A DNA stretch of 64,000 nucleotides from an uncultured delta proteobacterium (GTDB lineage Bacteria; Desulfobacterota; Desulfuromonadia; Desulfuromonadales; BM103): contig CAVQRZ010000014.1 in the NCBI GenBank assembly GCA_963715335.1, forward strand, positions 160,001-224,000, read 5' to 3'. Below the pieces are notes generated by a model. The model was not told the DNA's origin. It ran no database searches and was given only the letters and a program-made list of their open reading frames with translations. Shown here piece after piece: positions 41,248 through 51,902 of the stretch. Position 1 is the stretch's first letter. Each line of letters opens with the position of its first letter. The position numbers and the translations under genes are program-made.

Positions 41248-42495
41248 ATGACCCAGGATCAGTGGCTGCACATCGTCGGCCTGTTCTTTCTCTTCATCTT
41301 TTCGGCGTTTTTCTCCGGTTCGGAAACCGCGCTGATGTCGATGGACACGTTGCGTGTCAAATATCTCGCCGAAAAGAACCGGCCGGGAGCGCGCATGCTG
41401 GCCGAAATTCTTGCGCGGCCCGACAAGCTTCTGGGCGCGATACTGGTAGGCAATAACCTTGTCAATATCATGGTGTCGGTGTTTGCCACCACGCTTTTCA
41501 TCGATTTCTTCGGCCAACGCGGCGAACTCTTGACCATCATCGTCCTGACGCCACTGCTGCTGATCTTTGCCGAAGTTTGCCCGAAAACCTACGCAGCACA
41601 GTATCCCGAAAAGATATCGTTTGCGATCCTTCATCCGATTCGTTTCTTCATCTGGCTGCTTCGGCCCGTGACGTGGCTGGTAGGGGGCTTTTCAAAGCTG
41701 CTGATCCATTTTCTACATGGCGAAGCCGATCGGCCCCCGATCTCCCAGGACGAGATCCGCTCGATCATCGAATACGGTGAACACGCCGGTGCTGTCGGCA
41801 AGGAGAAACGCCGCATGCTGCACGGCGTGATTGACCTTTCCGAAATACGGGTCCGCGATGTCATGGTGCCACGTACCGAGGTGGTGGGCATTGAAGTCAA
41901 TACGGGCTTTTCAGAAGTCGTCAAGTTGATGGCACGGGCCCACCACTCACGCTTTCCGGTCTATGAAGGGGACCTGGACCGTGTCGTCGGAATCATTCAC
42001 TCCAAGGAAGTCCTCAACTATCTTGATCGACCGGATGAGTTTTCTCTGAGCGGGTTGGCCCGTACGCCGTATTTTGTTCCCGAAGCCAAGCCGATTGAGG
42101 CGCTGATGCAGGCGTTCCGCACCAAACACCTGCACCTCGCAGTCGTCGTCGACGAGTATGGCGGGGTCGAAGGAATCTGCACGCTTGAAGATATCGTCGA
42201 GGAGATTGTCGGCGAGATCCAGGACGAGTATGATGAAGAGGAAATTCTCGTCACGAAGCTCGACCCCGGCCTGTACCTGGTCGATGGCAGCACTGCTATC
42301 CGCTACATCAACCGGCGCTTTGGCCTGACCCTCTCGGAAGAGCACGTCAATACCCTGGCCGGTTTCCTGTTGCGGGCGCTTGGCAGTATTCCCGAAGAAG
42401 GTGATGTCTGTGAGGTGGCTGGTGCCATTTTTACAGTGCGCGAGGTTGTTGACCGCCGCATCGAGAAAATTGAAATGCAGGTTCCTGCAGGATAG
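41248..42495 (+). CDS. HlyC/CorC (CNNM, CBS, CorC_HlyC) transporter
   Basis: SAFFSGSETAL, ILVGNNLVN, VMVPRTEV, HSRFPVY and VVDEYGGVEGICTLEDIVEEIVGEI. Confidence 0.94.
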   Translation: MTQDQWLHIVGLFFLFIFSAFFSGSETALMSMDTLRVKYLAEKNRPGARMLAEILARPDKLLGAILVGNNLVNIMVSVFATTLFIDFFGQRGELLTIIVLTPLLLIFAEVCPKTYAAQYPEKISFAILHPIRFFIWLLRPVTWLVGGFSKLLIHFLHGEADRPPISQDEIRSIIEYGEHAGAVGKEKRRMLHGVIDLSEIRVRDVMVPRTEVVGIEVNTGFSEVVKLMARAHHSRFPVYEGDLDRVVGIIHSKEVLNYLDRPDEFSLSGLARTPYFVPEAKPIEALMQAFRTKHLHLAVVVDEYGGVEGICTLEDIVEEIVGEIQDEYDEEEILVTKLDPGLYLVDGSTAIRYINRRFGLTLSEEHVNTLAGFLLRALGSIPEEGDVCEVAGAIFTVREVVDRRIEKIEMQVPAG

Positions 42496-42718
42496 AAGAG
42501 GCCAGCTTTAAGGCTGGACGGATTTTGAACTTTATATCTTTGCGGCGTTTCCTGCTTCATGCAATTTGTTAGCTTTTTCTCCTATCTCATTGAAAAATAG
42601 GGCCTTGTCCCCTCCGCTGTTCGCGAAAGGCCCTTGCCGGCCCCGTTCTCGGCACATCAGGAAGCTCTTTTCTGACCTCCACAAAATGACCTAACCCCTT
42701 AGAAAATTGAAATATTTC

Positions 42719-42747
42719 TTGACAGCTGAGAGCTCTGCGACTATATT
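42719..42747 (+). promoter_or_regulatory. Sigma70 promoter of the dcw operon
   Basis: TTGACA-17 nt-TATATT, about 48 bp before mraZ. Confidence 0.78.
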
Positions 42748-42794
42748 TGCCCAGAAGGTGGTGAATAGTGTATTTTTAGGCCAAAGAGGGCCAA

Positions 42795-43250
42795 ATGGGA
42801 TTCCAGGGCGTCTATTTCAATTCAATCGATGCAAAAGGGCGGGCAAGTATCCCGGCCAGGTTTCGCGAGCAGTTGAAAGAACTGTTCGAAGATGAAACAC
42901 TGGTCGTGACGCAGGATCGCTGCGGCATCGTTGCGTATCCCGTCTCCGAGTGGAACCTTTTCCTAGAAAAATTCACGCAGCTCCCAAACGACCAGTTCCG
43001 GGAAGACCTCTACTTTACAACAGTAACCCCCGCAACCCAGTGTACCTTCGACAAGCAGGGCCGCATACAGCTGCCGCAATCCCTGCGTGAGTATTGTCAG
43101 CTCGATACGGACGGCGTGCGCGATGTGGTCATTGTCGGCGGGGCGAAGAAAATCCAGATCTGGAACAAGACAAGATACCTAGAGATGCTCGCTGAAGCAG
43201 AACAGCGCCTCGCAGATGATCGGCAGAAGCGTTTCGACCTGGGATTATAG
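42795..43250 (+). CDS. mraZ: Division/cell wall transcriptional regulator MraZ
   Basis: Two DxxGR repeats (IDAKGRASIP, FDKQGRIQLP); first gene of the dcw cluster. Confidence 0.93.
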   Translation: MGFQGVYFNSIDAKGRASIPARFREQLKELFEDETLVVTQDRCGIVAYPVSEWNLFLEKFTQLPNDQFREDLYFTTVTPATQCTFDKQGRIQLPQSLREYCQLDTDGVRDVVIVGGAKKIQIWNKTRYLEMLAEAEQRLADDRQKRFDLGL

Positions 43251-43254
43251 CTCT

Positions 43255-44199
43255 TTGACTTCGGATGTGTTCAGGCATGTTTCAGTGATGGTGGAGGAGG
43301 TGTTGCACTACCTCGAGCCCCATCGTGGAGGCACCTACCTGGACGGTACGCTGGGCGGTGGCGGTCATGCCCGCCTGATTCTTGAGGCGGCATCCCCTGA
43401 TGGAATCCTGGTCGGCCTCGATCATGACGCGGAGGCATTGCAGGCTGCCGGAAGCAACCTGGCGGAGTTCGGCGACAGGGTGATGCTCCGGCAAGGCAAC
43501 TTTGCCGCGATGGAGGCTCATCTTGATGCCCTGGGGATTGCGATGCTCGACGGAGTCGTGCTCGACCTCGGGGTTTCCTCCTACCAACTTGACAGCCCGA
43601 GTCGCGGGTTTTCGTTTCGGGAAGAAGGCCCTCTGGATATGCGCATGAACCCTTCTACAGGGATTTCTGCTGCCAGCGTGATTGCCGAGGGCGAAGCAGA
43701 TCATTTGAAGCGCATCTTTCGTGATTACGGCGAGGAGCGCTGGGCAGGCAGGATCGCACGGGAAATCGTGGTGGTCCGTGAACGGCAACCGATCGAGACG
43801 ACCATGCAGCTGGCCGAACTGGTCAGCCGGGTTGTGCCTCGCAGCAAGGGCCCACAGCGCATCCACCCGGCAACCAGGGTTTTCCAGGCGCTGAGAATTT
43901 ATGTCAACGGGGAGCTCGACAGCCTGCAAACCGGCCTGGATGCTGCCCGACGGAGATTGAAGAGCGGTGGCCGGCTGGTCGTCATCAGCTTCCACTCACT
44001 CGAGGACAGAATCGTCAAACAGGCTTTCCGGACCCTGTCCACCGGCTGCATCTGTCCTCCCCGTTTGGCCGTCTGTGCTTGCGGGAAGCAGCCGCTCGCC
44101 AGGGTTGTGACCCGAAAAGGAGTGCGAGCGACTGACGCGGAAGTAGAAAGTAATCCACGCGCCAGGAGCGCCGTGTTGAGAGCAATGGAAAAGATTTAA
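43255..44199 (+). CDS. rsmH: 16S rRNA m4C1402 methyltransferase (start approximate)
   Basis: DGTLGGGGH, DLGVSSYQLD..RGFSF..PLDMRM, ISFHSLEDRIVK and NPRARSA. Confidence 0.97.
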   Translation: MTSDVFRHVSVMVEEVLHYLEPHRGGTYLDGTLGGGGHARLILEAASPDGILVGLDHDAEALQAAGSNLAEFGDRVMLRQGNFAAMEAHLDALGIAMLDGVVLDLGVSSYQLDSPSRGFSFREEGPLDMRMNPSTGISAASVIAEGEADHLKRIFRDYGEERWAGRIAREIVVVRERQPIETTMQLAELVSRVVPRSKGPQRIHPATRVFQALRIYVNGELDSLQTGLDAARRRLKSGGRLVVISFHSLEDRIVKQAFRTLSTGCICPPRLAVCACGKQPLARVVTRKGVRATDAEVESNPRARSAVLRAMEKI

Positions 44200-44215
44200 G
44201 CAGAGGAGAACCGCG

Positions 44216-44533
44216 ATGGCTGACACAACCCTTAAAGCGTTACCGAAAATCAATGGCTTTGCCCTGCGTCGTCCAAACCTGGTTCCGGTGCTCGGTTTTA
44301 TCGCCTTGCTGCTTTCGGTGTCGCTCTTTTTTGTCTGGTCCAGGGTTCAGGTCACCAGCCTGGAGTATGAAATGTCCCAGTTGGAAAGTACGTTACGCGA
44401 TCTGCGACAGGAGACCTCAAGCCTGCGTCTCGAGGCAGCCAGCCTCAGGAGCCCTGAACGGATTGAGCGGGTGGCGCGGCAGGAGCTGCGTCTGCGTCTG
44501 CCTTCCGCTGATCAGGTGATTACGGTGGATTGA
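44216..44533 (+). CDS. ftsL: Cell division protein FtsL
   Basis: TM helix plus coiled coil ending LRSPERIERVAR; position between rsmH and ftsI. Confidence 0.9.
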   Translation: MADTTLKALPKINGFALRRPNLVPVLGFIALLLSVSLFFVWSRVQVTSLEYEMSQLESTLRDLRQETSSLRLEAASLRSPERIERVARQELRLRLPSADQVITVD

Positions 44534-46512
44534 TGAAGCAACTGGAGAATGGCGTCCGTTTTCGCATTCGGCTGATAGGGGTGGTCTTTACCCTCTGTTT
44601 TGCCTTGGTGGCGATACGTGCCTTCAATCTCCAGGTTCTGCAGGGGCAGCAATGGGATGAACGTGCCGAGCGACAGCATCAGAAGGTCATTCCCCTAACC
44701 CCCCAGCGCGGCACGATTTTCGACCGGAACGGTGAGGAACTCGCCGTCAGCGTTGATGTCGATTCGGTTTATGTCGAGCCGGGCAAGCTCCAGAACCCTT
44801 CAGGTACAACTAAATCCCTGGCCAGGGTGCTTGGTCTTTCAACAGGAACAATTAAAACGAAGTTGAAGGGCAGCAAAAACTTTGTCTGGCTGAAGCGCCA
44901 GATCACGCCGAGCCAGAGCGATCAGATCAAAGCAATGAAGCTTGATGGCGTCGGAATGATCAAGGAGCACCGACGCTTCTATCCCAACTCCAACATCGCC
45001 GGACATCTGCTCGGTTTCACCGGCCTCGATCCGAAGGGCCTGGAAGGGCTGGAGCTGGAGTACGACAAGATGATCCTCGGGCGCGGCGGATATCTGGTAA
45101 TGGAACGGGACGCGCTGGGTCGTGGTCTGGGCGCCGGGTCGCCACAGATCCAGGGGGCAACGCGCGGACATGATCTGTACCTGACGCTCGACAAGAACCT
45201 GCAGTATCTCGCCGAGCGGGAACTTGCCGAAGGGCTGCGCACGACAGAAGCCAAGGCCGGGACCGTGGTCATGATGGAGCCATCAACTGGTAAAGTGCTG
45301 GCCATGGCAAGTGCGCCGGATTACAACCCGAACGCGTTCTTCCGCTACAAGCCTTACCAGTGGCGGAATCGCGCTGTCTGCGACACGTATGAACCCGGAT
45401 CGACCTTCAAAATATTTTTGATGGCGGCGGCACTGAACGAGGCAGTAGTCAGTACGAAACAAAAAATTGATTGTGAAAATGGCGTGTTCCGTGTTGGCGG
45501 CAAAGATATCCATGACCACAAGAAATATCAGAAACTGACCCCTGCAGAGATTATCAAGTACAGTTCAAATATCGGATCGGCAAAGATTGGCAAAATGCTG
45601 GAGAGAAAAACCTTCCATCGTTATCTTGCCGCTTTCGGTTTTGGTGAACCAACCGGGATCGACTTGCCCGGCGAGGCGAACGGACTATTGCGGCCACCGG
45701 AAAAATGGTTTGAAATCGACCTGGCGGCGATTTCTTTCGGCCAGGGAGTCAGCGTGACGTCGATCCAGTTGGCCGCGGCCACAGCGGCGATCGCCAATGG
45801 CGGCGACCTGATGGAGCCATATGTTGTCGAGCAGGTAGTTGATAGTCAGGGTCAGGTGACGCGCAAAAGTCAGCCTCGAGTCGTACGCAAGGTGATTGCC
45901 CAGGATGTGGCCCAGCGGGTGGCACAGATGATGGAGATGACCACAGAAGAAGACGGTACGTCGACCAACGCCCGAGTGCCAGGCTTCAGGGTTGCCGGCA
46001 AGACTGGTACGGCGCAGAAGGTTGATCCGGTCACAGGAGGTTACTCGGCGGACAAGAGAGTCGCTTCATTTATCGGTTTCCTGCCGGCCGAGGCGCCGCG
46101 GATCGTGATATTGGTATCGATTGACGAACCGAAAAAAGGCGTGTACGGCGGATTGACTGCGGCACCGGTGTTTTCAAAGATCGCTGCCCAGGCGATGCAA
46201 TATCTCAAGGTTGCGCCAAACCAGGAGACCCGGGACGGTGAAAACCTGCCGTCACTGGAACAGATATTTGTCAATGCTGCCGCACCGGAGCAGGCGAGTC
46301 TTCAGAACCTGATGGTTGCCGCGACATCCGGTGGGCCGCGGATGCCCGATTTTTCCGGGTTGAGTTTTCGCCAGGTTCTCGAGCTTATCGAAGAAAAGCA
46401 GTTGAACGTCGATTTCCGAGGACGTGGCCGGGTTGTTGAACAGTCTCCGATTCCCGGAGCATCGATTCCCTATGGTGCCCCGGTCTGGGTGCGCATGGCA
46501 CCACCATCCTGA
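44533..46512 (+). CDS. ftsI: Penicillin-binding protein 3 with C-terminal PASTA domain
   Basis: RGTIFDRNG, SxxK (PGSTFK), SSN and KTGTAQK. Confidence 0.95.
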   Translation: MKQLENGVRFRIRLIGVVFTLCFALVAIRAFNLQVLQGQQWDERAERQHQKVIPLTPQRGTIFDRNGEELAVSVDVDSVYVEPGKLQNPSGTTKSLARVLGLSTGTIKTKLKGSKNFVWLKRQITPSQSDQIKAMKLDGVGMIKEHRRFYPNSNIAGHLLGFTGLDPKGLEGLELEYDKMILGRGGYLVMERDALGRGLGAGSPQIQGATRGHDLYLTLDKNLQYLAERELAEGLRTTEAKAGTVVMMEPSTGKVLAMASAPDYNPNAFFRYKPYQWRNRAVCDTYEPGSTFKIFLMAAALNEAVVSTKQKIDCENGVFRVGGKDIHDHKKYQKLTPAEIIKYSSNIGSAKIGKMLERKTFHRYLAAFGFGEPTGIDLPGEANGLLRPPEKWFEIDLAAISFGQGVSVTSIQLAAATAAIANGGDLMEPYVVEQVVDSQGQVTRKSQPRVVRKVIAQDVAQRVAQMMEMTTEEDGTSTNARVPGFRVAGKTGTAQKVDPVTGGYSADKRVASFIGFLPAEAPRIVILVSIDEPKKGVYGGLTAAPVFSKIAAQAMQYLKVAPNQETRDGENLPSLEQIFVNAAAPEQASLQNLMVAATSGGPRMPDFSGLSFRQVLELIEEKQLNVDFRGRGRVVEQSPIPGASIPYGAPVWVRMAPPS

Positions 46513-46533
46513 GCGAGCCTGAAGTGGCGGCGG

Positions 46534-48048
46534 ATGACGATGAAATTAACAGAACTTCTGAAGAATTGCCCGGTCAGAAATATCCATGGCCTCACGGATA
46601 TTGATCTGCACGGTCTGCAGTACGATTCGCGCAAGGTCAATCGTGATGATGCTTTTTTCGCCCTGCGCGGCGTAGTCAGCGACGGGCACGACTATATCGC
46701 CAGTGCAATTGCCAACGGCGCGAGGGTGGTCTTCTGCGAGGAGTTGCCGGAGCATGCCGGGGCCGTGACCACTGTGCTGGTGGACAATGCCCGTCAGGCC
46801 ATGGCGATGGTCTCGTCAGAGCTCTATGGCAACCCGACGCGCGCAATGCAGACTGTAGGGATCACCGGGACCAATGGCAAAACCACCATTACCTACCTGC
46901 TCGAAGCGATCCTCAATGAGGCAGGACTGCATCCGGCTGTGATCGGTACGATCAACTACCGTTTCGGTTCGGATCTTCGCCAGGCACCGCACACCACTCC
47001 CGAGGCGCTGGACCTGATGAAGCTGGTGAACGATTTTCGGCGCAACGGGGCGCGTTCACTGGTTATGGAAGTCTCTTCCCATGCGCTGGACCAGTGCCGG
47101 GCCGACGGCGTACATTTCCGGGTCGGCGTCTTCACCAACCTGACCCCGGAGCACCTCGATTACCACCGGGATATGGAAAGTTATTTCGCGAGTAAATACC
47201 ACCTGTTCAAGGAACTGCTGCCGCGCGTCAAGGGCCGCGCCGTGATCAATATCGATGATGATTACGGTCGGCGTCTTGCGGCGATGTCTCCCGGGGCCCT
47301 GACCTGTGGTCGCAGCAGAACTGCCGATGTCCATCCGGAGAGCTTTGAAATTCTTTTGACCGGCATCCGTGCCAGCGTGGCAACACCGCTCGGCACGGTT
47401 GCCGTCAATTCGCAATTGCTTGGCGATTACAACCTGGAAAATCTGCTCTGCGCGATCGGTGCCGCAGTTGCACTCGGGTTATCCCCCCAGGTGATTGCTG
47501 CGGGGTTGGTTGTTGCCAAGGGCGTGCCTGGGCGCCTGGAGCGGGTGGAAAATGATCGCGACGCTCTGATTCTGGTCGATTATGCCCACACCGGGGACGC
47601 CCTGCGTCGGGTTATCGAGGCCATGCAGGGGCTCTCGCCACGGAGAATCCTGACTGTTTTCGGTTGCGGTGGCGACAGGGATCGTAGCAAACGGCCGATC
47701 ATGGCTGAAGTTGCCGCACTGGGTTCCGATATCGCGATAGCAACCTCCGACAACCCCCGCACTGAAGACCCTCGGCAGATCCTCGACGATGTCCGTGTCG
47801 GCCTTGCCAAAGTACACGAGCGGGAATGGAGCAGGGCAGACGCCAAGTCTTCTGCAGGGAAAGGTTACGTTGTCATCGAAGATCGCCGCGAGGCCCTGGG
47901 GTTCGCAGTCAGTCTTCTGCAGCCCGGTGATCTTCTGCTGGTGGCCGGAAAAGGGCACGAGGATTACCAGATCCTCGCCAGCGGGCGAATTCATTTCGAC
48001 GATCGTGAAGAGCTGCGCAAGGCTCTGCAACAGGGAGGTCAGCAATGA
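46534..48048 (+). CDS. murE: UDP-MurNAc-tripeptide synthetase (meso-DAP type)
   Basis: GITGTNGKTT, MEVSSH, DYAHT and DNPR. Confidence 0.97.
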   Translation: MTMKLTELLKNCPVRNIHGLTDIDLHGLQYDSRKVNRDDAFFALRGVVSDGHDYIASAIANGARVVFCEELPEHAGAVTTVLVDNARQAMAMVSSELYGNPTRAMQTVGITGTNGKTTITYLLEAILNEAGLHPAVIGTINYRFGSDLRQAPHTTPEALDLMKLVNDFRRNGARSLVMEVSSHALDQCRADGVHFRVGVFTNLTPEHLDYHRDMESYFASKYHLFKELLPRVKGRAVINIDDDYGRRLAAMSPGALTCGRSRTADVHPESFEILLTGIRASVATPLGTVAVNSQLLGDYNLENLLCAIGAAVALGLSPQVIAAGLVVAKGVPGRLERVENDRDALILVDYAHTGDALRRVIEAMQGLSPRRILTVFGCGGDRDRSKRPIMAEVAALGSDIAIATSDNPRTEDPRQILDDVRVGLAKVHEREWSRADAKSSAGKGYVVIEDRREALGFAVSLLQPGDLLLVAGKGHEDYQILASGRIHFDDREELRKALQQGGQQ

Positions 48049-49442
48049 TTCGCATGGACGTCCGTACCGTTGCAGAAATCACCGGAGGTCACCTGATGCA
48101 GAACGGTGCGTCGGTTGAGTTCCAGGGGATCTCCACTGACAGCCGGACGCTCCAACAGGGAGAGCTGTTTATCCCGCTGCGCGGCGAGAATTTCGATGGC
48201 CATGACTACCTGACCCAGGCGATCAAGAGGGGCGCTGCGGCCTGTCTCAGCGAAGAGATGATTGGCGGCCTGCTGGTGCCGGTGGTCAAGGTGAAGGACA
48301 CCCTCCGGGCTCTTGGTGATCTGGCCGCCGCTGTGCGGAGCCAGTTCTCGGGTCCGGTGATAGGGATTACCGGCACGTCAGGCAAGACTACCTGCAAGGA
48401 GATGCTCGCCTCAATCCTGACCAGTCTCGGGCCTGGCCTCAAGTCAGCCGGCAACTACAACAACCTGATCGGTGTGCCGCTGACCCTGTTCGGGCTGCAA
48501 CCCGAGCACCGCTGGGCTGTCATCGAGATGGGCATGAGCGCCCGCGGTGAAATTGCCCGCCTGGCGGAGATTGCCCGACCGAACATCGGTCTGATTACCA
48601 ATGTCGGCGCAGGCCACCTGGAAAACTTTGACGGGCTTTCGGGAGTGGCCAGAGCCAAAGGGGAGCTTTTCATCAGCCTTCCCGCCACCGGCATTGCCCT
48701 GATTAACGCAGATGACCCGGAAGTGAGTATCCTGCCGGTAGCCAACGGCGTTCGCAGGGTGCTGTTCGGGATTAGCCGGGACGCCGACGTCAGGGCTGAC
48801 AAAATCGTCGTTCAGAACGGTTCGGTGAGTTTTCTGCTAGTTATCGCCGGGGCCGCACAGAAGGTCGTTTTGCCGCTGCCGGGACGGCACAATGTCGCCA
48901 ATGCCCTGGCCGCAGCAGCAGCAGCAACAGTAATCGGTGTAGGTTTACAGGACATCGCTGCGGGGCTGAAAGCGTTCCAGCCTTGCCCGGGGCGGATGGA
49001 GTTGCTGGAGTTGCCGGGAGACGTGGTGGTGCTCGAAGACAGCTATAATGCCAACCCCTTGTCAGTGCATGCCGCCCTGGATGCACTGCATGACCTGGGG
49101 GCGCCCGGTCGGCGGATCGCGGTCCTGGCCGATATGCTCGAGCTTGGGCCGTCAGCACCGGAGCTACACCAACAGATTGGGGCGATCATCCCGGAACGGG
49201 CAGACTGGCTCTTTACCTATGGTCGTTTGGCCGAGGACATTGCGCGCGGTGCCCGCGAAGCGGGGCTGGCCGAGGACAGGATTTTCAGTGCGGCAGACCG
49301 CGATGAACTGGTCGCGCGCCTGCTCGGATTGCTAAAAGCCGGAGACCGGGTGCTGATCAAGGGCTCACGCGGCATGCGCATGGAAAAAGTGACCGCTGCT
49401 CTGCGGGATTCGATACGGAAGCCGGCTGTGAACGGGGACTGA
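48045..49442 (+). CDS. murF: UDP-MurNAc-tripeptide-D-Ala-D-Ala ligase
   Basis: GITGTSGKTT, NNLIGVPLT, DSYNANP and IKGSRGMRME. Confidence 0.97.
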   Translation: MIRMDVRTVAEITGGHLMQNGASVEFQGISTDSRTLQQGELFIPLRGENFDGHDYLTQAIKRGAAACLSEEMIGGLLVPVVKVKDTLRALGDLAAAVRSQFSGPVIGITGTSGKTTCKEMLASILTSLGPGLKSAGNYNNLIGVPLTLFGLQPEHRWAVIEMGMSARGEIARLAEIARPNIGLITNVGAGHLENFDGLSGVARAKGELFISLPATGIALINADDPEVSILPVANGVRRVLFGISRDADVRADKIVVQNGSVSFLLVIAGAAQKVVLPLPGRHNVANALAAAAAATVIGVGLQDIAAGLKAFQPCPGRMELLELPGDVVVLEDSYNANPLSVHAALDALHDLGAPGRRIAVLADMLELGPSAPELHQQIGAIIPERADWLFTYGRLAEDIARGAREAGLAEDRIFSAADRDELVARLLGLLKAGDRVLIKGSRGMRMEKVTAALRDSIRKPAVNGD

Positions 49443-49454
49443 GGGAGATCATAA

Positions 49455-50531
49455 GTGCTTTATCACCTGCTCTACCCACTGCATACGGAATTCTCGGTAT
49501 TTTATGTCTTCCGTTTTATAACCTTCCGGACGATCTATGCCGCGATCACCGCATTGATCATCAGCTTCCTGCTCGGGCCGTGGCTGATCGAAAAGCTCTC
49601 TGCCCTGCAGGTCGGGCAAAGCATCCGTCGTCTCGGTCCCGAATCACACTTCAAGAAAGAGGGTACGCCGACCATGGGCGGCGCGCTGATTCTGTTCGCC
49701 ATCGTCTTGCCGACCCTGCTCTGGGCTGATCTGAGCAACCTCTATGTCTGGTTGGTGCTGCTGGTCACATGTGGTTACGGCATCATCGGTTTCGCCGATG
49801 ATTACTTGAAAGTGCGTCGCAAAAACAGTGACGGTTTGTCACCGCGCAAGAAGATGTTCTGGCAGATGTTGATCGCTTTCGGAGTCGGCGTGGTTCTGAT
49901 GCAATATCCGGGCTTTCAGTCAACTCTGGCATTCCCGTTTTTCAAAGGCATCAACCCGGACCTCGGCTGGTTCTACGTTCCCTTCGCCATGCTGGTGATT
50001 ATCGGCGCCAGCAACGCTGTCAATCTGACCGATGGGCTCGATGGGCTGGCGATTGGACCGGTGATCATTGCCGCTGGGACCTATCTGCTATTTGCCTATC
50101 TGGCCGGGCATGCAACCCTGTCGGGTTATCTGCAGATCAATAACGTCAAGGGCGCCGGAGAGCTAGCGGTCCTTTGTGGGGCGATGGTCGGGGCGGGGCT
50201 CGGTTTCCTCTGGTTTAATACTTACCCGGCTCAGGTCTTTATGGGCGATATCGGCAGCCTGTCGCTCGGCGGCGCTATCGGTACCATTGCTGTCATCACA
50301 AAGCAGGAAATCGTGCTGGTGATCGTCGGCGGTATCTTCGTTATGGAGGCCCTCTCGGTAATCGTGCAGGTGACTTCGTTCCGACTCTACGGCAAACGCA
50401 TATTCCGCATGGCGCCGATTCACCATCATTTTGAACTGAAGGGCTGGCCGGAGCCGAAGATTATCGTGCGCTTCTGGATTATCAGCATCATCCTGGCCCT
50501 GATTGGCCTGTCGACGCTGAAGTTGAGATAA
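49455..50531 (+). CDS. mraY: Phospho-MurNAc-pentapeptide transferase
   Basis: [26 protein letters not shown] and MAPIHHHFE. Confidence 0.98.
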   Translation: MLYHLLYPLHTEFSVFYVFRFITFRTIYAAITALIISFLLGPWLIEKLSALQVGQSIRRLGPESHFKKEGTPTMGGALILFAIVLPTLLWADLSNLYVWLVLLVTCGYGIIGFADDYLKVRRKNSDGLSPRKKMFWQMLIAFGVGVVLMQYPGFQSTLAFPFFKGINPDLGWFYVPFAMLVIIGASNAVNLTDGLDGLAIGPVIIAAGTYLLFAYLAGHATLSGYLQINNVKGAGELAVLCGAMVGAGLGFLWFNTYPAQVFMGDIGSLSLGGAIGTIAVITKQEIVLVIVGGIFVMEALSVIVQVTSFRLYGKRIFRMAPIHHHFELKGWPEPKIIVRFWIISIILALIGLSTLKLR

Positions 50532-50537
50532 AAGCAT

Positions 50538-51902
50538 ATGGACTATCGGGGTAAAAAGGTCGTGATCATCGGCGCCGGTTCAACCGGTCGCAGTCTGGCA
50601 CGCTTTTTCCTAGCGCGTGGGGCGCAGATTGTCCTGTCCGATCATCGCCCCGCAGAGCGTTTCGATGATCTCGATGAGTTGCGCAGCCAGGGAATCCAGT
50701 TGGATCTCGGTGGTCATACCCTGGACCTGTTCACGGCGGCTGACCTGATCGCTGTCAGCCCAGGGGTGCCGCTCGATATCCCGGCGCTAAAAGCCTGCCA
50801 GGGACGAAAGATCCCGATGTACGGCGAAGTGGAGATTGCCTGGCACGAGCTGTCCGGCACCATGGTTGCCATTACCGGGACCAACGGCAAGTCGACAGTG
50901 ACCAGCCTGATCGGCGAGATGCTGAAAGCCTGGGGACAAAATGCCTTCGTCGGCGGGAACCTCGGGATACCGCTGATCGATGCAGTCGGCAAGGACTACG
51001 ACTGGCAGGTGGTCGAACTGTCATCATTCCAGCTTGAAACGATCAAGGCGTTCCGGCCGCGTTATGCCATTCTTCTGAATATCAGCGAGGATCACCTGGA
51101 TCGTTATCCGGACATGGCCAGCTACGTGGCCGCCAAACAGCGGATCTTCGAAAATCAGCAAAAAGAAGATATTGCGATTCTGAACCACGACGATGCGCTC
51201 GCACTGCACTCTGCGATCAATATCCGTTCGCGCAAGGTGTATTTCAGCAGCCAGTCCGTACTGGAAGAGGGGATGAGCCTGGTCGACGACCGGATTATCT
51301 GGCGATGGAACGGACAAGAAACGCTCTTTCCGGCTGCGGAACTACAGATTCGCGGACGCCACAACCAGGAAAACGTGATGGCCGCCCTGATCCCGCTGCT
51401 CATGGAGGGCTGTCCGGCAGAGATTGCCTGGGGTGCCGCGAAAAACTTCACCGGCCTCAAGCACCGCATGGAATATCTCGGGGATCTGCACGGGGCCGGC
51501 TGGTACAACGATTCCAAGGGGACCAATATCGGCAGCGTCGTCAAGAGCCTGGCCGGGTTTGACAGGCCGGTCATCCTGATTGCCGGTGGCAAGGATAAGC
51601 AGGGTGACTTGTCGGCGCTGATTGAGCCAATCCGGGAAAAAGTTGAACAGTTGATCCTGATCGGCGCCGCCGCTGAACGAATGGCCGGAGCCTTTGCCGG
51701 TCTGACCAGGATTCATCGTGCCGACAGCATGCATGCAGCCGTTGAACTGGCCGCTCACTATAGCGCTCCCGGTGCGACCGTGCTCCTGTCGCCGGGTTGT
51801 TCGAGTTTCGACATGTTCGAAAATTTTGCCGCACGTGGTGAAATCTTTGCCCGTGAATTTCGTGCCTTGAGCGGGCGCGGGGGGGGCGTCAATGGAGATT
51901 AG
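50538..51902 (+). CDS. murD: UDP-MurNAc-L-Ala-D-Glu ligase
   Basis: TGTNGKST, ELSSFQLE, NDSKGTN and LLSPGCSSFD. Confidence 0.97.
   Translation: MDYRGKKVVIIGAGSTGRSLARFFLARGAQIVLSDHRPAERFDDLDELRSQGIQLDLGGHTLDLFTAADLIAVSPGVPLDIPALKACQGRKIPMYGEVEIAWHELSGTMVAITGTNGKSTVTSLIGEMLKAWGQNAFVGGNLGIPLIDAVGKDYDWQVVELSSFQLETIKAFRPRYAILLNISEDHLDRYPDMASYVAAKQRIFENQQKEDIAILNHDDALALHSAINIRSRKVYFSSQSVLEEGMSLVDDRIIWRWNGQETLFPAAELQIRGRHNQENVMAALIPLLMEGCPAEIAWGAAKNFTGLKHRMEYLGDLHGAGWYNDSKGTNIGSVVKSLAGFDRPVILIAGGKDKQGDLSALIEPIREKVEQLILIGAAAERMAGAFAGLTRIHRADSMHAAVELAAHYSAPGATVLLSPGCSSFDMFENFAARGEIFAREFRALSGRGGGVNGD

Noticed and set aside
42755..42795. MraZ-binding repeats
   Set aside because: The 10-nt periodicity is visible (GTGGT, GTGTA, AGGCC, GGGCC) but too degenerate from GTGGG to call.
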